This document shows, one piece after another, positions 1 to 10,985 of a stretch of DNA of 64,000 nucleotides (position 1 is its first letter; the number at the start of each line of letters is the position of its first letter). A program made the translations under genes and the position numbers. The stretch is taken from NCBI GenBank assembly GCA_965199715.1, contig OZ241322.1:1184001-1248000 (forward strand), written 5' to 3'. The notes beneath the pieces were generated by a model, which saw nothing but the letters and a program-made list of their open reading frames with translations, did no database searches and was not told the DNA's origin. The stretch comes from Vicinamibacteria bacterium (GTDB taxonomy: Bacteria; Acidobacteriota; Vicinamibacteria; Marinacidobacterales; Marinacidobacteraceae).

Positions 1-2534
1 TTGAGGCGTTGCTTCGCGGGGTGGACGGACGCGCCGTCACGGAGGAGGACGTGGCCGCGCTGGCCGCCTGGAACGCCGACGAGCCGGCGGCGCGGGAAAT
101 CCCCTATCGCCCGGCGCGCATCGTGCTCCAGGACTTCACCGGCGTTCCGGCGCTCGTGGACCTGGCCGCCATGCGTTCCGCCGTGGCGCGCCTCGGCGGC
201 GACCCGTCCCGCATCAATCCCGGCACGCCGGTGGATCTGGTGATCGACCACTCGGTGCAGGTGGAGTCGTTCGGGACGCCGCTCGCGCTGCGGCGGAACG
301 AGGCGATCGAGTTCGAGCGCAACCGCGAGCGCTACGAGTTCCTGCGCTGGGGCCAGGCCGCCTTCGACGGTTTCCGGGTGGTGCCGCCCTCGACCGGCAT
401 CGTCCATCAGGTGAACCTCGAGCTGCTGGCGAAGGTCGTCCTGCGGCGCGACGGGATCCTGCTGCCGGACACGCTGGTCGGCACCGACTCGCACACCACG
501 ATGATCAACGGGCTGGGCGTGCTCGGCTGGGGCGTCGGCGGGATCGAGGCCGAGGCGGCGATGCTGGGCCAGCCCTGCTACCTGATGACCCCCGAGGTCG
601 TCGGGTTCCGCCTCGCCGGCGAGCTGCGGGAGGGAGTCACCGCGACGGACCTCGTCCTCACGATCACCGAAAAGCTGCGGCGCTTCGGCGTCGTCGGGAA
701 GTTCGTCGAGTTCTTCGGGAGCGGCCTCGCCGGGATGCCGGTCGCCGACCGGGCGACCATCGCCAACATGGCCCCCGAATACGGCGCGACCATGGGCTTC
801 TTCCCGGTGGACGGGGAGACGCTCGACTATCTGCGCCGCACCGGTCGGACGCCGCAGGAAGTGGAGCGGGTCGAGCGCTATTGCAAGGCGCAGGGGATCT
901 TCCGCACGGACGACAGTCCCGACCCCGAGTTCACCGCCGTCGAGGAGCTGGATCTCGCGACGGTGGAGCCGAGCCTCGCCGGACCGAGGCGCCCCGAGGA
1001 TCGGGTGCGCCTGTCCGCGCTCCAGGACGAGTTCCGGACGGCGCTGCGCGCCCCCGCCGGCCCCGCCGGGTTCGGAGTCGAGGACGACCGGCTCGGTCGG
1101 ACCGCGAGCGTCGGCCGGGGCCACAACATCGGGCATGGGGCGGTGGTGATCGCCGCGATCACGTCCTGCACGAACACCTCCAACCCGGGAGTGATGTTCG
1201 CGGCCGGCATCCTCGCCAGAAACGCGCTGCGGCGCGGCCTCATGACCCCGCCGCACGTCAAGACCTCGCTGGCGCCCGGCTCGAGGGCGGTCACCCGGTA
1301 CCTGCGCGACGCGGGGCTGCTCGGATCGCTGCAGGATCTCGGATTCCACCTCGTGGGGTACGGGTGCACCACCTGTATCGGCAACAGCGGGCCGCTGCCG
1401 GAGACGGTGAGCCGGGCGATCGACGACGGCGACCTCGTGGCCGCCTCGGTCCTGTCGGGGAACCGCAACTTCGAGGGCCGGGTCCACAAGGAAGTGCTCG
1501 CGAACTACCTCGCGTCGCCGCCGCTCGTGGTCGCGTTCGCGCTCGCGGGCACCGTGGACGTGAACCTCGCCGAGGATCCGATCGGGCCGGGCGCGGACGG
1601 CAAGCCGGTGTACCTGCGGGACATCTGGCCCACGACCGCCGAGGTTCGCGAGGTCATGGAGCGAGCGCTCACCGCCGGGACCTTCCAGGACGCCTACGCG
1701 GACGTCTGGGACGGCAACGAGACGTGGAACGAGATTCCGGTGTCCGAGAGCGAGCTGTATCCGTGGGATCCGGAGTCCACCTACATCCGCGAGCCGCCGT
1801 TCTTCGAAGGAATGCAGGCGGCTCCCGATCCGCCGGCTGCGATCGGGGGGGCCCGCGTGCTCGTGATGTGCGGCGATTCGGTCACGACCGACCACATCTC
1901 CCCCGCGGGGAGCATCAAGTCGGACTCGCCCGCCGGCGAGTGGCTCTCCGAGCGCGACGTGCAGGACTTCAACTCCTACGGCTCGCGGCGGGGAAACGAC
2001 CGGGTCATGCTGCGCGGGACGTTCGCGAACATCCGCCTGCGCAACCAGCTCGTTCCCGGAGTGGAGGGGGGGTTCACGGTCCACCATCCGACGGGAACCC
2101 GGACCACGATCTTCGAGGCCGCCGAGCGGTATCGCAGCGAGGGCACGCCGCTCGTGATCCTCGCCGGCAAGCGCTACGGAAGCGGCTCCTCGCGCGACTG
2201 GGCGGCCAAGGGAACGCTGCTGCTCGGGGTGAAGGCGGTGCTCGCCGAGAGTTACGAGCGCATCCACCGCAGCAACCTCGTCGGGATGGGCGTGCTTCCC
2301 CTGGAGTACGTCGAGGGCGAGAACGCCGCCTCGCTGGGCCTCGACGGCGACGAGACGTTCCGCATCGAGGGGCTCGACAACGGCTTCACGCCCAAGTCCC
2401 GGGTGCGGGTGGTCGCCGGGGAGAAGCGCTTCGAGGCGGTGGCGCGGCTCGACTCGGGGATCGAGGTGGAGTACTACCGCAACGGCGGCATCCTGCCGAC
2501 CGTGCTGCGGGGCGTCCTGAAGAACTCGGACTGA
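1..2534 (+). CDS. acnA: Aconitate hydratase AcnA (5' end lies outside the window)
   Basis: Motifs [63 protein letters not shown]; the frame is open from the window edge. Confidence 0.97.
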   Translation, partial: EALLRGVDGRAVTEEDVAALAAWNADEPAAREIPYRPARIVLQDFTGVPALVDLAAMRSAVARLGGDPSRINPGTPVDLVIDHSVQVESFGTPLALRRNEAIEFERNRERYEFLRWGQAAFDGFRVVPPSTGIVHQVNLELLAKVVLRRDGILLPDTLVGTDSHTTMINGLGVLGWGVGGIEAEAAMLGQPCYLMTPEVVGFRLAGELREGVTATDLVLTITEKLRRFGVVGKFVEFFGSGLAGMPVADRATIANMAPEYGATMGFFPVDGETLDYLRRTGRTPQEVERVERYCKAQGIFRTDDSPDPEFTAVEELDLATVEPSLAGPRRPEDRVRLSALQDEFRTALRAPAGPAGFGVEDDRLGRTASVGRGHNIGHGAVVIAAITSCTNTSNPGVMFAAGILARNALRRGLMTPPHVKTSLAPGSRAVTRYLRDAGLLGSLQDLGFHLVGYGCTTCIGNSGPLPETVSRAIDDGDLVAASVLSGNRNFEGRVHKEVLANYLASPPLVVAFALAGTVDVNLAEDPIGPGADGKPVYLRDIWPTTAEVREVMERALTAGTFQDAYADVWDGNETWNEIPVSESELYPWDPESTYIREPPFFEGMQAAPDPPAAIGGARVLVMCGDSVTTDHISPAGSIKSDSPAGEWLSERDVQDFNSYGSRRGNDRVMLRGTFANIRLRNQLVPGVEGGFTVHHPTGTRTTIFEAAERYRSEGTPLVILAGKRYGSGSSRDWAAKGTLLLGVKAVLAESYERIHRSNLVGMGVLPLEYVEGENAASLGLDGDETFRIEGLDNGFTPKSRVRVVAGEKRFEAVARLDSGIEVEYYRNGGILPTVLRGVLKNSD

Positions 2535-2541
2535 CGGCCGG

Positions 2542-2595
2542 GCGGGCCGAGGTCGGCGTCTCGCCGGCTAGCGGGCCGACGTCGGCGTCTCGCCG
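2542..2595. repeat. 25-bp direct repeat, two copies with one mismatch, at the junction of convergent genes
   Basis: gcgggccgaggtcggcgtctcgccg (2542-2566) and gcgggccgacgtcggcgtctcgccg (2571-2595). Confidence 0.9.
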
Positions 2596-3539
2596 TCGAG
2601 GATCCGGCGCAGCACGCCCATCTCGATGTTGCCGCCCGAAACGAGGCAGACGATCTTGCGGGGGCGGTCGCGAGGCCCGGGAACCCGGCCCGCCATGGCC
2701 GCCGCCGCGGGGCACGCGCCGGCGCCCTCGGGGACGATCCGCGCCCGGGCGACGAGCGTCCGGATGGCCTCGGCGATCTCGTCGGGGGTCACGAGCAGCG
2801 GCTCGGCGAGCGCCTCCCGGGCGAGGCCCCACATCGGCTCGAGGACGGTGTTTCCGCCGATGCCGTCCACGAAGCTCGGAGTCGTCTCGATCCAGGTCGG
2901 GCTCCCGTGCTCCATCGAGCGGGCGAGCTTGGGAGACGCGGTGCACTCGACGGGGTGCACCGGCGCGTCGGAACCCATGCCGCGCAGCGCGCCGGCGACG
3001 CCGATGCTGAGGCCGCCCCCGCCGAAGGGGACGAGCACCGCGTCCACGTCCGGGAGATCCTCGAGGATCTCGAGGCCCACGACGCCGTTGCCGGCCATCA
3101 CCGGCTCCTCCTCCACCGGATGGACGAACCGGGCGTCCCGGCCCTTCCACTCGTGGGACACGATGCACTCCCACCAGTCGGCGAACGGCGCCACGACGAT
3201 CTCGGCCCCCAGCGCGGCGATCGTCCGTCGCTTGTTCTCGGGAGAGGTCTCGGGAACGACGACGGTGCAGGGAACGCCCCGCTCGCGCGCCATGAACGCG
3301 ACCGCCTGCGCCCAGTTGCCGGCGCTGGCCGTGATCACGCCGCGGGCGATCTCCGCGTCCGAGAGCGAGCCGAACAGCGAGGCCGCGGCGCGCATCTTGA
3401 AGCACGCGAAGGGCTGCAGGTTCTCGAGCTTGAGGTGGATCTCGTCCGGGCCGTCATGGCGGAGCGGCACCAGCGGACTTCTCAGGACGAAGGGCGCGGC
3501 GCGCTCGCGGGCGGCATGGATCGAGTCCAGGGCGATCAT
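2568..3539 (-). CDS. PLP-dependent serine/threonine dehydratase or racemase family protein
   Basis: LKLENLQP..FK.R PLP-lysine motif, TASAGN, VPFGGGGL, SGGN. Confidence 0.88.
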   Translation of the reverse strand: MIALDSIHAARERAAPFVLRSPLVPLRHDGPDEIHLKLENLQPFACFKMRAAASLFGSLSDAEIARGVITASAGNWAQAVAFMARERGVPCTVVVPETSPENKRRTIAALGAEIVVAPFADWWECIVSHEWKGRDARFVHPVEEEPVMAGNGVVGLEILEDLPDVDAVLVPFGGGGLSIGVAGALRGMGSDAPVHPVECTASPKLARSMEHGSPTWIETTPSFVDGIGGNTVLEPMWGLAREALAEPLLVTPDEIAEAIRTLVARARIVPEGAGACPAAAAMAGRVPGPRDRPRKIVCLVSGGNIEMGVLRRILDGETPTSAR

Positions 3540-3576
3540 CGGCGGGAGAGTCTATGGGCGGGGCTACGATGGGGCG

Positions 3577-4353
3577 ATGCTGCTCGTCTTCGACGTCGGG
3601 AACACCAAGACCGAGATCGGACTCCACGACGGGCGGGCCTTCGTGCGCGACTGGCGCGTCTCCACCTCGGTCGAGCGGCTCCCGGACGAGACCGGCGTGC
3701 TGCTCGACGGCCTGCTCGCGCAAGCGGATCGAAGCCGCCGGGACGTCACCGCGCTCGCGCTCGCGAGCGTGGTTCCGGCGGCCACGAGCGCGCTGCGGAC
3801 GCTCGCGGAGCGGCGCTTCGGGCTCCCCCTGTTCGTGCTGAACCACCGCACCGCGCACGGCGTCAAGCTGATGGTCGAGAACCCGGAGGCGACCGGTCCC
3901 GACCGCATCGCCAACACGGCGGCGGTGCACCACCTCTACGGAGTGGACGCGATCGTGCTCGACGCGGGCACGGCGCTCACCTTCGACGTGATCACGGCGA
4001 GCGGCGAATACCACGGCGGCGCGATCAGCCCCGGCCTCGGAATCGCGGCGGAGGCGCTCGTGCGACGGACGGCCCGCCTGCCCGAAGTGGAGCTGCTGCC
4101 GCCGCGCAACGTCGTGGGGAGGCACACGGTCGCGGCGCTGCGATCCGGGCTGGTGCTCGGCTGGACCGGCCTCATCCGCGAGATGGTGCGGATGCTGAAG
4201 GAGGAGCTCGGCGGCGAGCAGAAGGTCATCGCGACCGGCGGACTGGCGCGCCGGGTCGCCGAGTGGAGCGGCGTGGTCGATGAGGTGAACGAGCGGCTGA
4301 CCCTGGAGGGAATCCGGATCCTGTTCGAGCGCGACCGTCAGGCGCCGGCGTAG
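3577..4353 (+). CDS. coaX: Type III pantothenate kinase
   Basis: MLLVFDVGNT, GPDR, DAGTALTFD, GGAISPG, ATGG. Confidence 0.95.
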   Translation: MLLVFDVGNTKTEIGLHDGRAFVRDWRVSTSVERLPDETGVLLDGLLAQADRSRRDVTALALASVVPAATSALRTLAERRFGLPLFVLNHRTAHGVKLMVENPEATGPDRIANTAAVHHLYGVDAIVLDAGTALTFDVITASGEYHGGAISPGLGIAAEALVRRTARLPEVELLPPRNVVGRHTVAALRSGLVLGWTGLIREMVRMLKEELGGEQKVIATGGLARRVAEWSGVVDEVNERLTLEGIRILFERDRQAPA

Positions 4354-5357
4354 GTCCGGATCGTCTCCTCGACGCGCTCGCACCAGCCGAGGAGCCTGTC
4401 GATCTCCTCGTCGGTGCATGCGCGGTCGATCAGGCACTTCCATTCGCGGCCCGCCGGCTGGAACAGCCCGGTCGCCTTCGCCTCCTCGCCGAGCCGCTCA
4501 AGGATCTCCGGCGGCGCGCCCGTCTTCATGGACAAGCTCCCGTGTCCGCAAAATCCCGAGTAGACGGACTGGGCCCAGCCGCCCGGCGGGTTGGCGTAGC
4601 ACACGACCACGCGCGACTTTCCGTCGCCGACTCCGACCGAAAGCCCCGGATTCCCCCAACTGAACGTCAGCGAACGGCGGCGCGCCCATTCGAGCAGCCG
4701 CGTGAACACGGCCCGGCCGTGCTCGTCGCACCTCACCATGAACTCGGCCTCGTTGGTCTTGCCGGTCGAGCGCGGCGCCGGCTTGTCGCCGACGACCTGG
4801 TGCGACGCCAGTCGGTCGTCCTCACCGGACTCGAAGAGCGCGAATTCGACGCAACTGACGCGCAGTCCCCTGCGGACGAGGAACTCGGCGCTGCGGAGGA
4901 TGCGCTCGGAGATCTTCTCCGCGACGATCACGAGCCGCTGGTCGCGGTTGAACGAGACGGTTTCCTCGAGGCCGAACCGCTTCCGGTGCGCTTCCGCCAG
5001 ATCGCTCCCCAGAATCCGTCCGAGAGCGTCCTCATCGAGGCCCGAGGCCCAGGCGGCGTACTCGAGCGCCTGCGCCACGACCTCCCTCGGCGTGCGGCCC
5101 TTCTTCAGCTCCACGACGACCACGTTCCCCTGCCGGTCCACGCCGAGCAGGTCGATCCATCCGTCGAGATCGGTACGGACCTCCCGCCCGACGATCAGGA
5201 TGGATTCGTCCTCGAGGAGCTGATGCTCCTCCAGCCGGTCGTGCAGGATCTTCTCTTCACGAAACGGAGTCGGTCCGTATGCGGTGAACTCGTAGTTCGG
5301 CCGCTCGCGGCCCACCGCGGGCGAGTCCTCGTCTCTTCGGACGCGGATGATCCGCAC
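4338..5357 (-). CDS. NucS/EndoMS-like PD-(D/E)XK endonuclease domain protein with an extra C-terminal domain
   Basis: E..L...L.....IVGRE...IDLLGVD..GNVVVVELKK....REVVAQALEY; GTG start overlaps the mqnD stop (TAGTG). Confidence 0.75.
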   Translation of the reverse strand: MRIIRVRRDEDSPAVGRERPNYEFTAYGPTPFREEKILHDRLEEHQLLEDESILIVGREVRTDLDGWIDLLGVDRQGNVVVVELKKGRTPREVVAQALEYAAWASGLDEDALGRILGSDLAEAHRKRFGLEETVSFNRDQRLVIVAEKISERILRSAEFLVRRGLRVSCVEFALFESGEDDRLASHQVVGDKPAPRSTGKTNEAEFMVRCDEHGRAVFTRLLEWARRRSLTFSWGNPGLSVGVGDGKSRVVVCYANPPGGWAQSVYSGFCGHGSLSMKTGAPPEILERLGEEAKATGLFQPAGREWKCLIDRACTDEEIDRLLGWCERVEETIRTYAGA

Positions 5358-6190
5358 TACCGGATGAGCTCGACTTCGGGCGCCTCCTCGACGGCTCCGA
5401 CCCGCTCCGCCATCCGGAAGAGCGCCCGCAGCGCCGCCTCGCCGGAGTCGCCCATGTCCCTGGTCAGCGTCGAGACGTACATCTTCACGAACTTGCGTCC
5501 GAGCTCGCGTTCGAGCCCGCGCCCGAACTGGAGCGCGTAGTCGAGCGCCTCCTCCTCGTTGGCGTAGGCCCAGTCGATGCTGGCTCGCATCGCCCGATTC
5601 ACCTCGACCGCGAGACTCCGCCCGAGGTCGCGCCGGACCACATCGAGACCGAGGGGGAGCGGCAGGTCGTTCTCGGCCTCGAAGCGCGCCCCGAAGTCGT
5701 CGATCAGGTGGAACCCCTCCGCCTTCCAGGTGAGCTGGCCCTCGTGGATCACGACCCCCGCGTCGGCTTCGCCTGCGGCGACGGTCTCGAACACCTTCTC
5801 GAAGGACACGTACACGGGGGTGAAGTCGCCGATGTAGCAGCGGGCGAGGAGCGCCGCCGTGGTCCACGGTCCGGGGATCGCGACCCGCTCGCCCTCGAGA
5901 TCCTCCAGCGTTCCGGGCGAGCGGCTGACCACGACCGGGCCGTAGCCCTCGCCGATGCTGGCTCCCGTCGCCATGATCCAGTACTTGTCGGCCACCTTGA
6001 GGTAGGCGTGCGCCGAGATCGCGGTGATCGGCAGGTCGCCCGCCATCGCCCGGCGGTTGAGGCTCTCGATGTCCTCGAGCACGTGCTCGACCCGGTAGTC
6101 GCGGATGCGCACCGCCCCGTTGGACAGGGCGCAGAACATGAAGGCGTCGTCGGGGTCGGGGCTGTGGCCGACGCGAAGCAGTTCGCTCAT
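5357..6190 (-). CDS. mqnD: 1,4-dihydroxy-6-naphthoate synthase (futalosine menaquinone pathway)
   Basis: VGHSPDPDDAFMF, DIESLN, GYGP, VIHEGQLT, LPLPLG. Confidence 0.9.
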   Translation of the reverse strand: MSELLRVGHSPDPDDAFMFCALSNGAVRIRDYRVEHVLEDIESLNRRAMAGDLPITAISAHAYLKVADKYWIMATGASIGEGYGPVVVSRSPGTLEDLEGERVAIPGPWTTAALLARCYIGDFTPVYVSFEKVFETVAAGEADAGVVIHEGQLTWKAEGFHLIDDFGARFEAENDLPLPLGLDVVRRDLGRSLAVEVNRAMRASIDWAYANEEEALDYALQFGRGLERELGRKFVKMYVSTLTRDMGDSGEAALRALFRMAERVGAVEEAPEVELIR

Positions 6191-6789
6191 TTTCGGGATT
6201 CCCTTGGCAAGAGTCGGAGGCAGCGCTCGACGTGGGCGTCCGTCCAGTCCATCGGGAGGACCAGGTCGGCGAGGGCCGCGGCGCCGGAAAGGTAGCGGCG
6301 CTGCGCCGGCAGCGCTCCTTGGAGGAACATCCGGCGCACTTCCGCCGGAGAGTATCCGCGTTCGGCGACGTCGCGGGCCAGCCGGCGGGCCAGCAGCCGC
6401 TCCGGTTCGCCGTCGAGGAACGCCGTCACGTCGGCGAGTTCCCGGGCCGCGGGATCGACGAACGTGAAGACGCCCTCGGCGACCACGCTGCGCGCCGGCC
6501 CCCGGACTCCGTCCACAAGGTTCCACCCGCTCGCCACGTCGTAGCGCCGGCGGGGGACGGTTCCGCCGCGCCGCAGAGTCTTGAGGTCGCGGGCGAAGCC
6601 GGCGAGATCGAGCGCCTCGGGGCGGTCGAAGTCCTGCCGGACCCGCTCGTTTCGGGGAAGGCGCGACACGTCCCGGTAGTAGTCGTCGAGCGAAAGGACC
6701 ACGCATCCCGAGAGGCGCCGGACGCACGCCCGGGCGAAGCGGGTCTTGCCGGTGGCGGTCCATCCCGCCACCAGCAGGACGGACGCGAT
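6187..6789 (-). CDS. udk: Uridine kinase family protein (start codon uncertain)
   Basis: P-loop AGWTATGKT, SLDDYYRD, DFDRPEALD, RRLARDVAERG. Confidence 0.75.
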   Translation of the reverse strand: MASVLLVAGWTATGKTRFARACVRRLSGCVVLSLDDYYRDVSRLPRNERVRQDFDRPEALDLAGFARDLKTLRRGGTVPRRRYDVASGWNLVDGVRGPARSVVAEGVFTFVDPAARELADVTAFLDGEPERLLARRLARDVAERGYSPAEVRRMFLQGALPAQRRYLSGAAALADLVLPMDWTDAHVERCLRLLPRESRK

Positions 6790-6790
6790 C

Positions 6791-8206
6791 TCAGTCCTCC
6801 GACAACGCGCGACGGAGCGCTTCCCGCATGGCGCGGGCGTCGGCGCGTCCGCCCAGCTCGCGCATGGCGCGACCGATGAAGAACCCGATGGCCTTGGTCC
6901 GGCCCGCCCGGAAGGCGCTGGCGTCGTCCGGATGCTCCGCGACGAGCCGCCGCGCCAGCGCGAGGAGCTCCGACGCGCCGAGTGCGGCGCCGAGGCGGCC
7001 GACGGCTTCGCCTGCGGAGAGCCCCGAGGCGTCCATGAGCGCGAAGGCGTCCTTCGCGAGGTTGCGCGCCAGCTTCCCGGAGGCGACCCGGGCGAGAAGC
7101 TCCCCGAGCTGGTCGGGCGGAACCCGGAAGGCGCCCGACTCGCGCTGCGCCGCCGGCGTCTCCTGGAGGATCCAGCTCGCCGCCAGCGGGCCCGGCGCGG
7201 CGGCGGCGACGGCTTCGAAGTAGTCGGCGAGCCCGCGCGCGGCCACGAGCAGCTTCGCGTGTTCGGGACGCACCCCGAAGGCCGTCTCGAGGCGGGCGGC
7301 GCGCTCCCTCGGGAACTCCGGCAGGACGGCGCGCTCGCGCTCGACCAGCCCGGCCTCGAGGCGCAGCGGGGGAAGGTCCGGATCGGGGAAGTACCGGTAG
7401 TCCGCGGCCGCCTCCTTGCCCCGCATCGCCTCGGTGACGCCGCGATCCTCACGGAACTGCCGGGTCTCGATCCGGATCGCGTCGCCCGCGGCGAGCACCT
7501 GCCGCTGGCGGAGCTCCTCGAACTCGAGCGCCCGGCGGAGGAAGCGGAACGAGTTCACGTTCTTCACTTCCACCTTCGCCCCGAGCGAGTCCGCTCCCCG
7601 CCGCCGCACCGAGATGTTGCCGTCCATGCGCAGGTTCCCGCGCTCCATGTCGGCGTCCGAGACCGCGCAGTAACGGAGACGACTCCGGAGCACCCGCGCG
7701 AATTCCTCGGTCTCCCGGGGCGAGCGCAGGTCGGGCTCGGTCACGATCTCGATCAGCGGAACCCCGGCGCGGTTGAAGTCCACGCCGCTGCGGTCCGCCG
7801 GTCCGCCGAACCCGGCGTGGAGGAGCTTCCCGGCGTCCTCCTCGATCTGGACCCGGTGGATGCGGATGCGCCGCCCGCCGATCTCGATCCCGCCGCGCCC
7901 CGCCAGCGGCCTCGCGTACTGGGTGATCTGGTAGCCCTTCGGCAGGTCGGGGTAGAAGTAGTTCTTGCGCTCGAAGACGGAGACCTCGGACACCTCGCAG
8001 TCGAGCGCGAGCGCGGCGCGCACCGCAAGCTCCACCGCGCGCCGGTTCGGGACCGGAAGCGCGCCGGGGAGGGCGTAGCAGACCGGGCACACGTCGGTGT
8101 TGGGCGGGGCGCCGGACCGGTTCCGGCAGCCGCAGAACAGCTTGGTGCGGGTGTCGAGCTGGACGTGGACCTCGAGCCCGATGACGGTCTCGAAGCGGTC
8201 CGTCAT
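6791..8206 (-). CDS. gatB: Asp/Glu-tRNA amidotransferase subunit B
   Basis: VIGLEVHVQL, RKNYFYPDLPKGYQITQ, DFNRAGVPLIEIVTEPD, DYRYFPDPDLPP. Confidence 0.97.
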   Translation of the reverse strand: MTDRFETVIGLEVHVQLDTRTKLFCGCRNRSGAPPNTDVCPVCYALPGALPVPNRRAVELAVRAALALDCEVSEVSVFERKNYFYPDLPKGYQITQYARPLAGRGGIEIGGRRIRIHRVQIEEDAGKLLHAGFGGPADRSGVDFNRAGVPLIEIVTEPDLRSPRETEEFARVLRSRLRYCAVSDADMERGNLRMDGNISVRRRGADSLGAKVEVKNVNSFRFLRRALEFEELRQRQVLAAGDAIRIETRQFREDRGVTEAMRGKEAAADYRYFPDPDLPPLRLEAGLVERERAVLPEFPRERAARLETAFGVRPEHAKLLVAARGLADYFEAVAAAAPGPLAASWILQETPAAQRESGAFRVPPDQLGELLARVASGKLARNLAKDAFALMDASGLSAGEAVGRLGAALGASELLALARRLVAEHPDDASAFRAGRTKAIGFFIGRAMRELGGRADARAMREALRRALSED

Positions 8207-8216
8207 CGCGCGCCGC

Positions 8217-9995
8217 TCAAGCGGCGTACACGCCCTCGACGACCTCGGCATAGCGCCCCAGCACCTCGCGGCGCCGGACCTTGAGCGTGGGGGTCAGCTC
8301 CCCGCCGTCGATCGAGAAGACCGCCGGGATCACCGCGATCTTCCGCACCCGCTCGTAACGGGAGAGGTCGCCGCTGAGCCGGTCGATCTCGTCCTGGAGG
8401 AGCTTCGCGACCTCGGGGCTCTTCGCCATCGCGTCCAGATCGGCCGCCTGGACCCCGTTCTCGTCGCACCAGCGCTTCACCTCTTCGAACTCGGGGGTCA
8501 CGAGCGCCGCGACGAAGGGCTTGCCATCGCCGACGAGGACGATCTCGGCGATGTACTTGCTGGCCTTCAGCGTCCCCTCGATCGGCTGCGGGGCCACGTT
8601 CTTGCCGCCGGCGGTCACGAGAAGGTCCTTCTTGCGGTCGGTGATGCGCAAGAAGCCGTCCTCCAGCTCTCCCACGTCGCCGGTGTGGAACCAGCCGTCC
8701 CCGATGGCCTCGGCGGTCGCCTCCTCGTTGCCCCAGTAGCCCTTCATTACGTTGTGGCCCCGGCAGAGGATCTCGCCGTCGTCGGCGATCCGGACGTCCA
8801 CGCCCTCGATCACCTTGCCCACGGTCCCGAAGCGGAAGTCGTCCGGCCGGTTCACGCTGATGACCGGCGAGGTCTCGGTGAGCCCATAGCCCTCGAGCAC
8901 GACCCACCCGGCGGCGAGGAAGAACTCGGCCACGTCCCGGGGGAGCGCCGCGCCGCCGGAGACGAACAGCCGCATCTTGCCGCCGAGGCGGGCGTGGAGC
9001 TTGCTGAAAACGAGCTTCGTGGCGACGCCGTACCTCAGCCTGAGGCCCAGTCCCGGCTCGACGCCGTCCTGCACCAGCCGTCCCCGTTCGTATCCGACCC
9101 GGAACGCCCAGTCGAAGATCTTCCGCTTGACCGAGCTGCCCGCCGCGGCGCTCTCCTGGACCCGGTCCCGCATCTTCTCGTAGAAGCGCGGCACGCAGGG
9201 GAGGATCGTCGGATGCGTCTCGCCGATGTTCGCGACGAGGCTATCCATGTTCTCGGCGATCGCGATGGTCACGCCGACCTGCGGCAGCAGGTAGTGGTCC
9301 ACCATGCGGGCGAACACGTGGCTGTAGGGCAGCACCGACATCGAGACGTCGTCGCTGCGGAGCTGGATGGCCCGCTGGGCGAAGATCGCGTTCTGCGTGA
9401 GGTTCGCCTGGGTCAGCATCACGCCCTTGGGGTCTCCGGTGGTGCCCGACGTGTAGATCAGCGTGGCCACGTCGTCCGGCTGGACCGCGTCGGCGAGCCC
9501 CTGGGCCGCGCCGGCGTCGGCTTCGAGCCGCTTTCGGCCGGCGGCGACGACGTCGTCCCACGGGCGAAACCCCGAGATCGGGGCGTCCAGCGCGAAGAAG
9601 TCCTTCGCGTCGGGGATCTCGTCGCGGACCGAGGCGATCTTCGCCTGCTGGTCGGCGGTCGAGGCGATCACCGCGCGGGCGCCGGAGTTGCGGATGATGT
9701 ACCCCGCCTGCACGGCGGTGAGGGTCGGATAGATGGGCACCGTGACCGCGCCGAGGATCTGCATCCCGGCCTCGATCACGAACCACTCGACGCGGTTCTC
9801 GGCGAGGAGCGCCACCCGGTCGCCCTTCGCGACCCCCTGCGCCTCGAGCCCGAGCGCGACGGCGCGGGCGCCTTCGAGCCACTCGGCGGTCGAAACGGCC
9901 TTCCACTCCCCGTCCTGCTTGTGGAGCAGCGCCCGTTCGCGCGGATTGGCCTCGAACGAAGTCGCCAGCAACTGGTTCAGGGTCGTGGGTTCCAT
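8217..9995 (-). CDS. Long-chain fatty acid--CoA ligase (AMP-binding)
   Basis: YTSGTTGDPKGVML, EGYGLTE, GWFHTGDVG, GELTPTLKVRR; GGAGGA RBS. Confidence 0.93.
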   Translation of the reverse strand: MEPTTLNQLLATSFEANPRERALLHKQDGEWKAVSTAEWLEGARAVALGLEAQGVAKGDRVALLAENRVEWFVIEAGMQILGAVTVPIYPTLTAVQAGYIIRNSGARAVIASTADQQAKIASVRDEIPDAKDFFALDAPISGFRPWDDVVAAGRKRLEADAGAAQGLADAVQPDDVATLIYTSGTTGDPKGVMLTQANLTQNAIFAQRAIQLRSDDVSMSVLPYSHVFARMVDHYLLPQVGVTIAIAENMDSLVANIGETHPTILPCVPRFYEKMRDRVQESAAAGSSVKRKIFDWAFRVGYERGRLVQDGVEPGLGLRLRYGVATKLVFSKLHARLGGKMRLFVSGGAALPRDVAEFFLAAGWVVLEGYGLTETSPVISVNRPDDFRFGTVGKVIEGVDVRIADDGEILCRGHNVMKGYWGNEEATAEAIGDGWFHTGDVGELEDGFLRITDRKKDLLVTAGGKNVAPQPIEGTLKASKYIAEIVLVGDGKPFVAALVTPEFEEVKRWCDENGVQAADLDAMAKSPEVAKLLQDEIDRLSGDLSRYERVRKIAVIPAVFSIDGGELTPTLKVRRREVLGRYAEVVEGVYAA

Positions 9996-10048
9996 GGGCT
10001 CCTCCGGCGACGATTCTACACGGCCCATTTGGTAGAGTGGCGGGCTTG

Positions 10049-10963
<915 letters not shown>

Positions 10964-10985
10964 CCGCTCCAATCGCGTCCGCCCC

